From: a bacterium
Lineage (GTDB): Bacteria > SZUA-182 > DTGQ01
DNA: 55,920 nt
Direction of reading: 5' to 3'
Assembly (NCBI GenBank): GCA_040752695.1
Contig: JBFMGO010000029.1
Span: 1-55,920, forward strand
A program made the translations under genes and the position numbers. Positions 39,169-48,178 of the stretch are shown piece by piece. The notes below the pieces were generated by a model that had not been told where the DNA came from, did no database searches, and saw nothing but the letters and a program-made list of their open reading frames with translations. The number at the start of each line of letters is the position of its first letter. Position 1 is the stretch's first letter.

Positions 39169-40605
39169 ATGGGTAACATCTTCAAGGCTTACGACATACG
39201 GGGGGCTTACCCGGATGAACTGGATGAATCTGCGGCCTGGAAAATCGGAGCTGCGTTGGTTAAGCTGTTAAAAGCAAAGAGCGTGGTTATCGGCCAGGAT
39301 ATGCGGCCATCTTCCTCGTCTTTAGCCAGAGCTTTTGCCGAAGGGGCTATCAGCTCAGGGGCATCGGTCAGTGATATCGGCATGGCCACCACACCCATGC
39401 TTTATTACGCCATTATTGAGGGGAATTTTGATGCGGGAGCTATGGTTACTGCATCCCATCTGCCTCCCGGAAGCAATGGCCTGAAGCTCAGCAGGGAAAA
39501 GGCTATTCCTTTGAGCGGAGCGCAGGGACTGCCCGCGCTTGAACGTATGGTCAAAGAGGAATGGCCGGAGCAGCCTCCTATCGGTGCTTCAGGCGGCGCA
39601 CCATGCACTGCCCCAGGCAGTGCAGCCCTGCCCGCGCCAGAAACCGCGCCGTCCGGCGCTGCACGGGGTTCGTATCGCACGATCAGCCTGATGGATACAT
39701 ACATTGACACCCTGGCTGGCTTTGTTCATCATCCGAAACCTCTGAAGGTAGTGGTTGATGCCGGAAACGGGACGGCCGGGCCTGAGGTGTTTGCGTTATT
39801 TGAAAAAATTCCGGACTGGACACTCATCCCTCTCTACACAGTACCTGACGGGATATCTCCCCACCACGTTGCCAATCCTCTTATCCTTTCCACTCTCAGG
39901 GATTTACAGGCTGCTGTCATAAAGGAGGAAGCGGATCTCGGTGTGGCCTTTGATGGAGATTGCGATCGATGCGGTTTCATTGACGAAAATGGAGTGAAAA
40001 TTCCTGAGGATCTGGTAACTGCTCTCATTGCCGAGTTCTTTCTTACTCGGGAGCCGGGGTCAACTATCCTCTATGATCTTCGCTCCAGCAAAACCGTCCC
40101 CGGGACTATTACCCGGCTTGGAGGAAAGGCGGTGCGCTGCCGGGTCGGCCATGCCTTTATCAAGGCCCGGATGAGGCAGGAAAATGCCCTGTTTGCAGGG
40201 GAGTTGTCCGGCCACTACTATTACCGGGACACGGGATTTACCGATAACGCCATGTACACCATGATTCAAATGCTCAATTACCTGGCCTTGAAAAATATGC
40301 CACTTTCCAGGATCGTCCTCCCGCTCAAAAAATATTCCTCGACAGGAGAAATCAACTTACAGGTGAAAGACAAGGATGCTATCTGGGCTGCCCTGGAAAC
40401 CACCTACAAAGACGGCCAAAAAGACTACCTGGACGGATTAACCGTAGAGTACAAATCCTGGTGGTTTAACATCAGGGCATCCAATACGGAGCCGGTTATG
40501 CGGCTTAACCTTGAAGCTCAGGAACTGAATACCATGGAAGAAAAAAGAGACGAAGTCTTCAAGGTTATCAAGAAGGCAGACCCTTCGCTGGTACTCATGG
40601 CATAA
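39169..40605 (+). CDS. Phosphomannomutase/phosphoglucomutase
   Basis: IFKAYDIRG, TASH phosphoserine motif, FDGDCDR metal loop, GELSGH, RASNTEP. Confidence 0.95.
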   Translation: MGNIFKAYDIRGAYPDELDESAAWKIGAALVKLLKAKSVVIGQDMRPSSSSLARAFAEGAISSGASVSDIGMATTPMLYYAIIEGNFDAGAMVTASHLPPGSNGLKLSREKAIPLSGAQGLPALERMVKEEWPEQPPIGASGGAPCTAPGSAALPAPETAPSGAARGSYRTISLMDTYIDTLAGFVHHPKPLKVVVDAGNGTAGPEVFALFEKIPDWTLIPLYTVPDGISPHHVANPLILSTLRDLQAAVIKEEADLGVAFDGDCDRCGFIDENGVKIPEDLVTALIAEFFLTREPGSTILYDLRSSKTVPGTITRLGGKAVRCRVGHAFIKARMRQENALFAGELSGHYYYRDTGFTDNAMYTMIQMLNYLALKNMPLSRIVLPLKKYSSTGEINLQVKDKDAIWAALETTYKDGQKDYLDGLTVEYKSWWFNIRASNTEPVMRLNLEAQELNTMEEKRDEVFKVIKKADPSLVLMA

Positions 40606-40795
40606 GTTCCGTTAAAAGCTGATCTTGTAGGAGGCTCCCCTTATATAATTTCTTTCCGGTGATGGATAGTAGTACAGCTCCCCGCCGGAATAAACAGCAT
40701 ACTCGCTGGGCCAGCGATCCAAAAAGGATGATCCTCTCCGGATCGAATGGTCTAAAGGTGGCAATAATCTCCTGCCTTAAGGTTTCAATATCCAT
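40595..40795 (-). pseudogene. Remnant of a minimal nucleotidyltransferase (MNT) gene
   Basis: DPERIILFGSLA matches the MNT N-terminus, the DxD core is absent, and a GKKLY tail resembles the MNT C-terminus. Confidence 0.55.
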
Positions 40796-41262
40796 AATCA
40801 GGTCTATACCATAATCGGGACCTATCCTACGATCAGAACCATATCAGATGTATTCTCCTTATTGTGGATTATCTGAATTTTTATAGTTTATTGAAAACAG
40901 GCGGCAAGGTCAAGTGCAAGATGAGAAAGGCTTTACCTGCACATCTTAATTTTAGTTGGAGGAAATTATCTTTCCGAAGGTGTGAAGAGGTGCAATCGAT
41001 AGAAGATATAGAAAAGTGGATACGAACAGGGAATCCACAAGCAGTTCAACTGAGTTCAGTTTCTGACCCTGTTTTTAACCTGTGCTGATGAGAAAAGTAA
41101 GGAGGTGGAACATACGAATAAAATAAATACAAGATAAAATTGTTCATGATTTCACGATACCGCCATCTCATCTCTATTCTACATAAACACAAGAACTGCT
41201 GCTTTGAAAGTCCAGCACGAAAGTTTGGCATTATGGTGTAGTCAAGATGCAAGGGGAAATGA

Positions 41263-43854
41263 ATGAAGATTAAGCCGAGCCGTTTTCTTATTACCCTCCT
41301 TATTGGTTTTTTGATGGTCACCTGCGGCTGTTTCGACAAAGACGATGATAAAGATGATGATAATAATACACCCCCGCCGGTCACTCTTACCAGTATTGAC
41401 GTAACACCAGCAAATTCAACGATAAGCCAGGGAGCGACACAACAATATACAGCCATGGGTAACTATGCCGATGGCAGCACCGGCAATATTACCGGTCAGG
41501 TCACCTGGGCGAGCTCTGATACAGCGATAGCCACTATTACGGCCGCGGGAGGACTGGCTACGGCCACAGCTCCCGGGCAGACCAGCATTACCGCCAGCCT
41601 GTCCGGCATTACCAGCACTGCCAAGACACTGACCGTTAATCTCTCTACGAATATCTTAATGGGCAAGGTCATTTCCAGTCCGAATGATCTGGCAGCCGAC
41701 TTCGATGCTGCGGTTCAGGCAATAAAAACCGCGGTCGGTCAATTTTCCTTCACGCCTGATGGCAGTACTACGCCGGTCAATCCCTGGAAGGTAGTGGAAG
41801 AGCAGTCCATGCCTTTCCCTGCGGGAAGGCATGGACTGCTCCTGGAGATTTGTGCCCCCATGTTTGCCGATGATGCCATGGCTATGGGGCAGTATCATGC
41901 TCTGGGTATGCCCTGCAAGATCGGCATCTGGACTGAGGACAGCGATGAAGATGGGGAAGATGACCTGATCAAGATCAATAGCTTTGACGAGTCAGCGCTC
42001 TTTGGCTTCTTTTTTGCCGATGCCGTGAATGCGCCAACCTTTGGTCAATTTGCCGCTCTCATCAGAAGCCATACCAGGTCGATCGTCCAAAGTGCAATCA
42101 CCGCTTTGGGTGGTGTATGGCTCTACGAGTATCAGGCACCCTTTTTTACCAAGGCAGAACTGGAGCAGACTGCCCAGGCATGGAAAACTGATGCAAAGGG
42201 CTATGCCGATCCGAACCACGGGTATGGCATACAATTTGAGGTCTCCCTGCCGCCTGACAGTCTGAACCTGGGGTCGGACGATCCGAATTCTCCCGGGAAT
42301 TTTCTGAGCAAGGTGAAACAGAAAATCGTTTCCGCGATTGGCACTACCCCCTACAGTCGTGAGGATTGGGAGGTAATCGATCCCAATTTTAAAATTCCCG
42401 TGAAGGATTATCAAGATCCTAACTATGCCAAGATCGCAGAAATAAAGATACACTCCCCCTACTATGCCAGACAAATAGTTGATCTGGGAGGAAAGTATAT
42501 AGTAGCCTTACCGTATGCCATCTCAGTCTGGCTCAATGATCTTGCTCAGGATGGCACTCGCCAGGACCCTGACAGGGTGATTGTCGGTGTCCTTAACCCT
42601 GAGTATGTGCTGAAGAATTTCCTCAAGGATGAACCTGAAAATGTCCGGTCGCGTATGCTCGGCACAGCGATTGAGATGAAAAATCAGATCCTGGCTATGG
42701 TTAATAACGGGTTGAAGGAGTATACTCTTATCGGTACCAGGCCGCAGCCACGTATTTCCACTGGTGTACTGATGGGCAAGATACCCATTTCGTCAGGTAC
42801 ATTGGAGGCAGATGCCTTTGATGCAGCGGTCCTGGCTGTGAAAACTGCGGTAGCTGGCTATGTGCCTCAGGGAACTACAGTGCCTCCCTGGAAAGTGCCT
42901 GAAGAAAAAGACATGCCATTAGCCGGGGGAAGAAAAGGCAAACTGGTGGAGATTTGCGCTCCTGGGTATGCGGCTATGGCCATGGCTATGGGCCAGCACC
43001 ATGCACTGGGCCTGCCCTGCAAGATCGGCATCTGGACAGAGGACGAAGATGGCGATACTTTTGGTGATGTTGTCAAAATCAACAGGTTCGACGAGCCAGC
43101 GCTCTTTAACTTTTTCTTTGCTGATGTTATGAGTGATCCAAACTTTGGTCCGTTCGCAGCAATGATCAGCAGTCAGACGAAAGAGATCGTGAAAATTGCC
43201 ATTACCAGTCTCGGAGGGGAATGGATCTTCGAGCATCACTCGCCTTTCTTTACTCAGGCGGAAATGCAGGCTGTCCAGGCATGGAAGAACGATACAAAGG
43301 GCTACGCCGATCCGAACCGCGGCTATGGCATAGTATATGAAGTTCCCCTGCCGGCCGGAAGTCTGAATCTCGCGCTGGACGATCCGAATTCTCCCCGGAA
43401 TTTTCTGGCTAAGATCAAAAACAGCATAATTTCAGCCGCAGATGACACTTCCATACCGAATGTACAGGACGACTGGCAGGTAATCGACCCCAATTTCAAC
43501 ATTCCGGTGGGTGATCTTGCCCATACTTTTGCCTCGGTCGGAGAGATAAAATTATGCTCTCACCAGTATTCCGAGCAGGTAGTCGCCTTGGGAGGGAAAT
43601 ATATGATAGCCTTCCCGTGCACTATCTCGGTCTGGCTCAATGATCTTGCACAGGATGGCAGCCATCAGGATCCTGACAAGGTGATTGTCAGCATCCTGAA
43701 TCCGGAATTTATCCTGAAAAACCACTTCAAGGATCAGCCTTCCACGGTACTTCAATCAATGGCGCCTATGGGCGGTGTAATCGCAGGAGAACTGAAAGCC
43801 ATAGTCGATAAGGGGCTGGAAAATTTCTCCGGTGTGGTTTCTCCGGCAGAATAA
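41263..43854 (+). CDS. Lipoprotein with a Big_2 Ig domain and a duplicated 371-aa module (four DUF302-like repeats)
   Basis: Leader ending VTCGC; SIDVTPANSTI..GATQQYTA.G.Y.DG..VTWASSD Big_2 pattern; modules start at 41644 and 42757; EICAP...ALGxPCKIGIW resembles DUF302. Confidence 0.8.
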   Translation: MKIKPSRFLITLLIGFLMVTCGCFDKDDDKDDDNNTPPPVTLTSIDVTPANSTISQGATQQYTAMGNYADGSTGNITGQVTWASSDTAIATITAAGGLATATAPGQTSITASLSGITSTAKTLTVNLSTNILMGKVISSPNDLAADFDAAVQAIKTAVGQFSFTPDGSTTPVNPWKVVEEQSMPFPAGRHGLLLEICAPMFADDAMAMGQYHALGMPCKIGIWTEDSDEDGEDDLIKINSFDESALFGFFFADAVNAPTFGQFAALIRSHTRSIVQSAITALGGVWLYEYQAPFFTKAELEQTAQAWKTDAKGYADPNHGYGIQFEVSLPPDSLNLGSDDPNSPGNFLSKVKQKIVSAIGTTPYSREDWEVIDPNFKIPVKDYQDPNYAKIAEIKIHSPYYARQIVDLGGKYIVALPYAISVWLNDLAQDGTRQDPDRVIVGVLNPEYVLKNFLKDEPENVRSRMLGTAIEMKNQILAMVNNGLKEYTLIGTRPQPRISTGVLMGKIPISSGTLEADAFDAAVLAVKTAVAGYVPQGTTVPPWKVPEEKDMPLAGGRKGKLVEICAPGYAAMAMAMGQHHALGLPCKIGIWTEDEDGDTFGDVVKINRFDEPALFNFFFADVMSDPNFGPFAAMISSQTKEIVKIAITSLGGEWIFEHHSPFFTQAEMQAVQAWKNDTKGYADPNRGYGIVYEVPLPAGSLNLALDDPNSPRNFLAKIKNSIISAADDTSIPNVQDDWQVIDPNFNIPVGDLAHTFASVGEIKLCSHQYSEQVVALGGKYMIAFPCTISVWLNDLAQDGSHQDPDKVIVSILNPEFILKNHFKDQPSTVLQSMAPMGGVIAGELKAIVDKGLENFSGVVSPAE

Positions 43855-43876
43855 CCACGATATCCTCGTTTGTCAC

Positions 43877-43916
43877 CCTTTGGCTGTCAGGCGGCGCGCC
43901 GCCTGACAGCCAAAGG
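43877..43916. repeat. Perfect 40-bp palindrome
   Basis: CCTTTGGCTGTCAGGCGGCG|CGCCGCCTGACAGCCAAAGG, no loop; may act as a terminator. Confidence 0.9.
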
Positions 43917-44022
43917 AGAGGGTGTATACGGATAGCGACGCACAATGATGCGCCTTACTCAAAGTGGTGCCATCTGCTCTAAAAATTCACCACTTTCTCC
44001 CACCTTCGCTCTTTTTATTAAT

Positions 44023-44031
44023 TTATCCACA
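44023..44031 (+). promoter_or_regulatory. Consensus DnaA box upstream of the dcw promoter
   Basis: TTATCCACA exact match. Confidence 0.5.
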
Positions 44032-44133
44032 TGAGGTGACTGGCTATAACACCTTGATGTATTTGCTTTTAATGGATCCGTTTTTCCCCTTTTAAACCAT
44101 AGCTATAAGCTAAAAAAGCAAAATATTTTTCCC

Positions 44134-44162
44134 TTGACAAAAACTTTTGAAAGGGGTATTTT
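44134..44162 (+). promoter_or_regulatory. Sigma70-type dcw promoter
   Basis: TTGACA (44134-44139), 17 nt, TATTTT (44157-44162). Confidence 0.7.
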
Positions 44163-44170
44163 TTGGTTAT

Positions 44171-44205
44171 GTGTAGCGAAGTGGGACAATGTGGGAGATG
44201 GTGAC
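44171..44205 (+). promoter_or_regulatory. MraZ-binding direct repeats
   Basis: GTG(GG) units at 10-nt spacing (44171, 44181, 44191, 44201) just upstream of mraZ. Confidence 0.75.
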
Positions 44206-44211
44206 AAGAAG

Positions 44212-44643
44212 GTGTTCATCGGAAAGTACGAGCATAATCTTGATAATAAAGGCAGGATAAGCGTTCCGGCTAAAATTCGGGACACTCTTCGAGACGAATA
44301 CAAGGATGAAAAACTCATCCTGACCTGCTATGAAAATTACCTTGTAGCTTACCCCCTCAAGGAATGGCTGGACATCGGCCAGAGGATCCGGCAGGCCCCC
44401 AATATGGAAAAAGGCGTCAGTGATTTCATGCGGCTTTTATTCTCCAATGCTTCTGACGTGAGCTTTGACAGGCAGGGAAGGATCCTGATTCCCCCTCAGA
44501 TGAGAACCAGAGCAGGCATCGATAAAGCGGTAGTCATGGTAGGTGTGATGAATAAGATTGAGATATGGGCTCAGGACAAGTGGCTTGAGTTTGAGAACAC
44601 GGTTCAACTGGATCGGGAAAGGCTAGCCAGCTTTGGAATCTGA
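44212..44643 (+). CDS. mraZ: Transcriptional regulator MraZ
   Basis: FIGKYEHNLDNKGRISVP and DRQGRILIP AbrB-like repeats, KIEIW; GTG start 44212. Confidence 0.95.
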   Translation: MFIGKYEHNLDNKGRISVPAKIRDTLRDEYKDEKLILTCYENYLVAYPLKEWLDIGQRIRQAPNMEKGVSDFMRLLFSNASDVSFDRQGRILIPPQMRTRAGIDKAVVMVGVMNKIEIWAQDKWLEFENTVQLDRERLASFGI

Positions 44644-44664
44644 CGGAAATTCGGCATTTTTGAC

Positions 44665-45663
44665 ATGTACATTCATCGACCCGTATTACTGAAGGAGGTT
44701 TTAGCCTATCTTGAGTGTGCTGACGGGAAAGTTTACGTCGATGGTACGATAGGTGAAGGAGGGCATGCAGAGCAGATTCTTAAGGGGAGTTCTCCCACCG
44801 GTAGATTGATTGGAATTGACCTTGACGAGCATATTCTTCAGAAGGCCGCCGGGCGCCTCGAAAGGTTCGGCTCCAGGGTACAACTTATTCGGAATAACTT
44901 CAAAAACATCAAAGAAATTTTATATGAGCTTGAATTGCCCGGGATCGACGGCTTTCTCGCTGACCTTGGAATTTCCAGCTTCCATCTGGAAACCCGGGAG
45001 CGGGGCTTCAGCTTTCAAAAGGATGCGCCCCTCGACATGCGCCTCGACCAGAGAAATCCCCTGACTGCGGCCAAGATCGTTAACCGGAGCAGGGAAGAGG
45101 AACTGGCCCGAATTATATGGGAGTATGGCGAAGAGAGGTGGAGCCGGAAGATCAGCCGGGCTATTGTGTCTTATCGGAAAAAAGAGGTAATTTCCACGAC
45201 TGGCCAGTTGGCAGAGATTGTACGGTCAGCTATTCCAGCCAGATTTCGTCCGAGAGGGTCGGAAACGGGAAGACGGTTGCCGGGCGGGGCAGGACAGATA
45301 GACCCGGCTACCAGGACCTTTCAGGCTCTGCGCATAGCTGTTAATCAGGAGCTCGCGGGGCTGGATCAGGCTATCAGGGATGTCGTGGATTTACTCAACC
45401 CGGGAGCGCGGATCTGCATCATATCTTTTCATTCCCTCGAGGACCGGATTGTTAAAAGGATCTTTCGAAATCTTGCCTCATCCGGTTCGATGTGCACTGA
45501 TGGCCTGGCCGCACCTTTTGTTCCCCTTCCCCGTGGGGAGAGGGCCGAGGTGAGGGGAAGGATAAAAGTTTTGACACAGAAGCCCGTTATGGCCACGGAA
45601 GAGGAAAAAATGGCCAATGCACGGGCGAGAAGTGCAAAGCTCAGAGTGGCTGAAAAGTGGTAG
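44665..45663 (+). CDS. rsmH: 16S rRNA m4C1402 methyltransferase RsmH
   Basis: HRPVLL, DGTIGEGGH, DLGISS, PLDMR, FQALRIAVNQEL, SFHSLEDRIVK, RSAKLR. Confidence 0.97.
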   Translation: MYIHRPVLLKEVLAYLECADGKVYVDGTIGEGGHAEQILKGSSPTGRLIGIDLDEHILQKAAGRLERFGSRVQLIRNNFKNIKEILYELELPGIDGFLADLGISSFHLETRERGFSFQKDAPLDMRLDQRNPLTAAKIVNRSREEELARIIWEYGEERWSRKISRAIVSYRKKEVISTTGQLAEIVRSAIPARFRPRGSETGRRLPGGAGQIDPATRTFQALRIAVNQELAGLDQAIRDVVDLLNPGARICIISFHSLEDRIVKRIFRNLASSGSMCTDGLAAPFVPLPRGERAEVRGRIKVLTQKPVMATEEEKMANARARSAKLRVAEKW

Positions 45664-45986
45664 TCAATAAAAAAGTACAGAACCCGGATGCCCATCGGGA
45701 GTTGTCGCCTCATGCGGTGCGGCAGCTCTGGAGGCAGGTTCCGATGATTATCCTTTTTGTCCTTTTGGGTTTATTTCTCGCCTGGAGGCCGATTCAGACT
45801 GCGAGATTGATCAGAGACATCGACCGGTTAAACCGGTTAAAGGCTGAAACGATGGAAATCAATGTCCGGCTGAAACTGGAAAAGGCAACCCTGACCTGCC
45901 TTGACAGGGTAGAGAATCTGGCCAGAAAAGAGTATGGATTCGTTGATCCGAATCAGAATCAAGTCATTGATGTTTTTATAAAATAG
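45657..45986 (+). CDS. ftsL: Cell division protein FtsL
   Basis: Position between rsmH and ftsI; one TM segment, coiled coil, RVENLARKEYG tail. Confidence 0.8.
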   Translation: MVVNKKVQNPDAHRELSPHAVRQLWRQVPMIILFVLLGLFLAWRPIQTARLIRDIDRLNRLKAETMEINVRLKLEKATLTCLDRVENLARKEYGFVDPNQNQVIDVFIK

Positions 45987-46044
45987 ACGTTTTTATAAAA
46001 CAGGTGTCAGATCCAGAGACGAGAAACGAGAGTTCAGGAAGAAG

Positions 46045-48177
46045 ATGGCCGTAAAGAGAAAAAGGGTGAAAAAAGCACCACCTCCCCCCAACACCAGAGG
46101 ACGGATCGTAATCCTTCAAGCCGCCTTTGTCCTGATGGTTGCCGCTTTGGCTGTACGTCTTTATCAGCTTCAGATCGTTCAGCATGATTTTTACGCCCGC
46201 AAGGTTCTGCCACGGGGGAAAAGCCTCCAGCGGTCACTGACAGGAGGTGGTGCATCGGCTCTTTCGGCAAGCCACCGAAGGGGGGATATCTATGACCGGA
46301 GGGGCAGAGTTCTAGCGGTGAGTACCGCTACGGAGTCCGTTTATGGCGTTCCCGCTCAACTCAGGCGGGAAGACAGCGACAGAATCCGCAAGGCATGTGC
46401 CATCTTGCAGGTATCGTCAAGCGCTCTGAAAAGGAAACTCGATTCCGGACAGCACTTTATCTGGATCAAGAGAAAAGTCGCTCCAAAAGTGGTCGCCCGC
46501 CTGGAAGAGCTGGATCTTGAGGGGATCGGATTCAGGGAGGAGAACCAGCGGTATTACCCTGCCAGGGAACTGTCCGCTCAGGTTCTGGGATTTACCGGCA
46601 TAGACAACCATGGGCTGGAAGGAGTGGAGCTTTTCTTCGATAAACTTCTTTCTGATGCAGGGAAGGGGAATGTATCATTGGCCGGCGCCTTAAGTACGGG
46701 AAAAACGTTCGATCTGGCAGGATTTTTTTGTCCAGCGGCGGACAGCAGTCAGGGCATCGGCAAAGGAGTACTGAACTGTCGGCTCCCTGATCAGGCATGT
46801 GATATCTTTTTGACTATTGACAAGGTTATCCAGTACCAGACCGAAAAGGAACTTCATGACGCCTGTACATCAGCGAAGGCCAAAGCCGGTATGGCCATTG
46901 TCATGGATGTGCAAAGCGCCGGCATCCTGGCTATGGCCAACTGGCCGCTGTTCAATCCCAACAGTTTTTCGAAAGTTCCGGCCAGGTTCCGGCGGAACCG
47001 GTGCATCACCGATGCCTTTGAGCCGGGATCGGTTTTCAAGACCTTTCTGGCTGCCGCAGCACTTGACACGGGCACAATCGGACAAAACGATATCATTTAT
47101 TGTGAAAACGGGGTCTTTCAGATCGGCAGGCGTACGATCCGCGATACACACAAGCATGGCTGGATGACACTGGGGGATATCGTCAGGGTTTCCAGCAATA
47201 TCGGCTCGGCCAAAATCGGGCTGTCACTGGAAAGAGAAAAATTTTACCGGCTGGTTAAAGAGTTCGGATTCGGCTCCAAAACCGGTGTTCTTCTCCCTGG
47301 CGAGGCTCAAGGGTTTATTCCGCCGCTAGAGAGATGGACTGATCTGACAACAGCCAATATTTCCTTTGGGCAGGGGATACTCACCACTCCACTGCAGATT
47401 ATCACTGCCGTCTGCTGCCTGGCCAACAAGGGGTGGTGGAGGGAGCCGGCGATCCTGAAGGCCGTGGCAGGCAGGAAGGTCAGATCAGTATCTCCCTCTC
47501 CCCTTTCTGGAGATGCCTGGGGCGATGGGAATACAAGGCCAAAATCCTGCTTCCACGGGGACCGGATAGCGGAAGTGCCTGCCCGGGAGCCGGTCCGCAG
47601 GGTTGTTTCTCCATCTGTGTGTGAGAAGCTGAGCGGGATGCTGGAAATGGTGGTCAAAGAGGGTACCGGCACCGCAGCCTTTATCCCCGGCTATCGGGTG
47701 GCAGGGAAAACAGGCACTGCCCAGAAGGTCGATCCACAAACCAGGCGCTATTCCCAGGAACTTTTCTGTTCTTCCTTTGTCGGGTTCTTCCCTGCTGATT
47801 GCCCGCAAATAGCCATTCTGGTTATGATAGACGAGCCCATGGAAGAACACCTGGCAGGTGCGGTGGCAGCTCCTGCATTCCGGAAAATTGCCCAGAGCAT
47901 TATTCGCTATCTGAATATTCCGCCGGTGCAGGGTGGCCCTGCAATGGCTGCTTATGAGGCCAGGGCGGCTCAAGGTTCCAGCAGCAGGTGTGCCATGGTG
48001 GCCCAAGGTTCCAGGCAGTATGCTGAGTTGGCTCAGGGTTCCAGCCGGCGGGCTGAGGTGACTCAAAGTTCCGGCCGGCGGGCAGGAGCCGCTGACAGAA
48101 ATGCGGCTGCCGCGGGGGATGGGGCTCCCGTCCGATTGAATGACCGGCAACTGAAATCCGTGGGGAGGGAGAGATAA
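46045..48177 (+). CDS. ftsI: Class B penicillin-binding protein FtsI (PBP3)
   Basis: RGDIYDR, RYYP, GLEGVE, EPGSVFK (SxxK), SSNIG (SxN), KTGTAQK. Confidence 0.93.
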   Translation: MAVKRKRVKKAPPPPNTRGRIVILQAAFVLMVAALAVRLYQLQIVQHDFYARKVLPRGKSLQRSLTGGGASALSASHRRGDIYDRRGRVLAVSTATESVYGVPAQLRREDSDRIRKACAILQVSSSALKRKLDSGQHFIWIKRKVAPKVVARLEELDLEGIGFREENQRYYPARELSAQVLGFTGIDNHGLEGVELFFDKLLSDAGKGNVSLAGALSTGKTFDLAGFFCPAADSSQGIGKGVLNCRLPDQACDIFLTIDKVIQYQTEKELHDACTSAKAKAGMAIVMDVQSAGILAMANWPLFNPNSFSKVPARFRRNRCITDAFEPGSVFKTFLAAAALDTGTIGQNDIIYCENGVFQIGRRTIRDTHKHGWMTLGDIVRVSSNIGSAKIGLSLEREKFYRLVKEFGFGSKTGVLLPGEAQGFIPPLERWTDLTTANISFGQGILTTPLQIITAVCCLANKGWWREPAILKAVAGRKVRSVSPSPLSGDAWGDGNTRPKSCFHGDRIAEVPAREPVRRVVSPSVCEKLSGMLEMVVKEGTGTAAFIPGYRVAGKTGTAQKVDPQTRRYSQELFCSSFVGFFPADCPQIAILVMIDEPMEEHLAGAVAAPAFRKIAQSIIRYLNIPPVQGGPAMAAYEARAAQGSSSRCAMVAQGSRQYAELAQGSSRRAEVTQSSGRRAGAADRNAAAAGDGAPVRLNDRQLKSVGRER

Positions 48178-48178
48178 G

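Noticed and set aside
44134..44211. N-terminal extension of MraZ in the ORF track
   Set aside because: The TTG is the -35 box and the region holds the MraZ repeats; homology begins at GTG 44212
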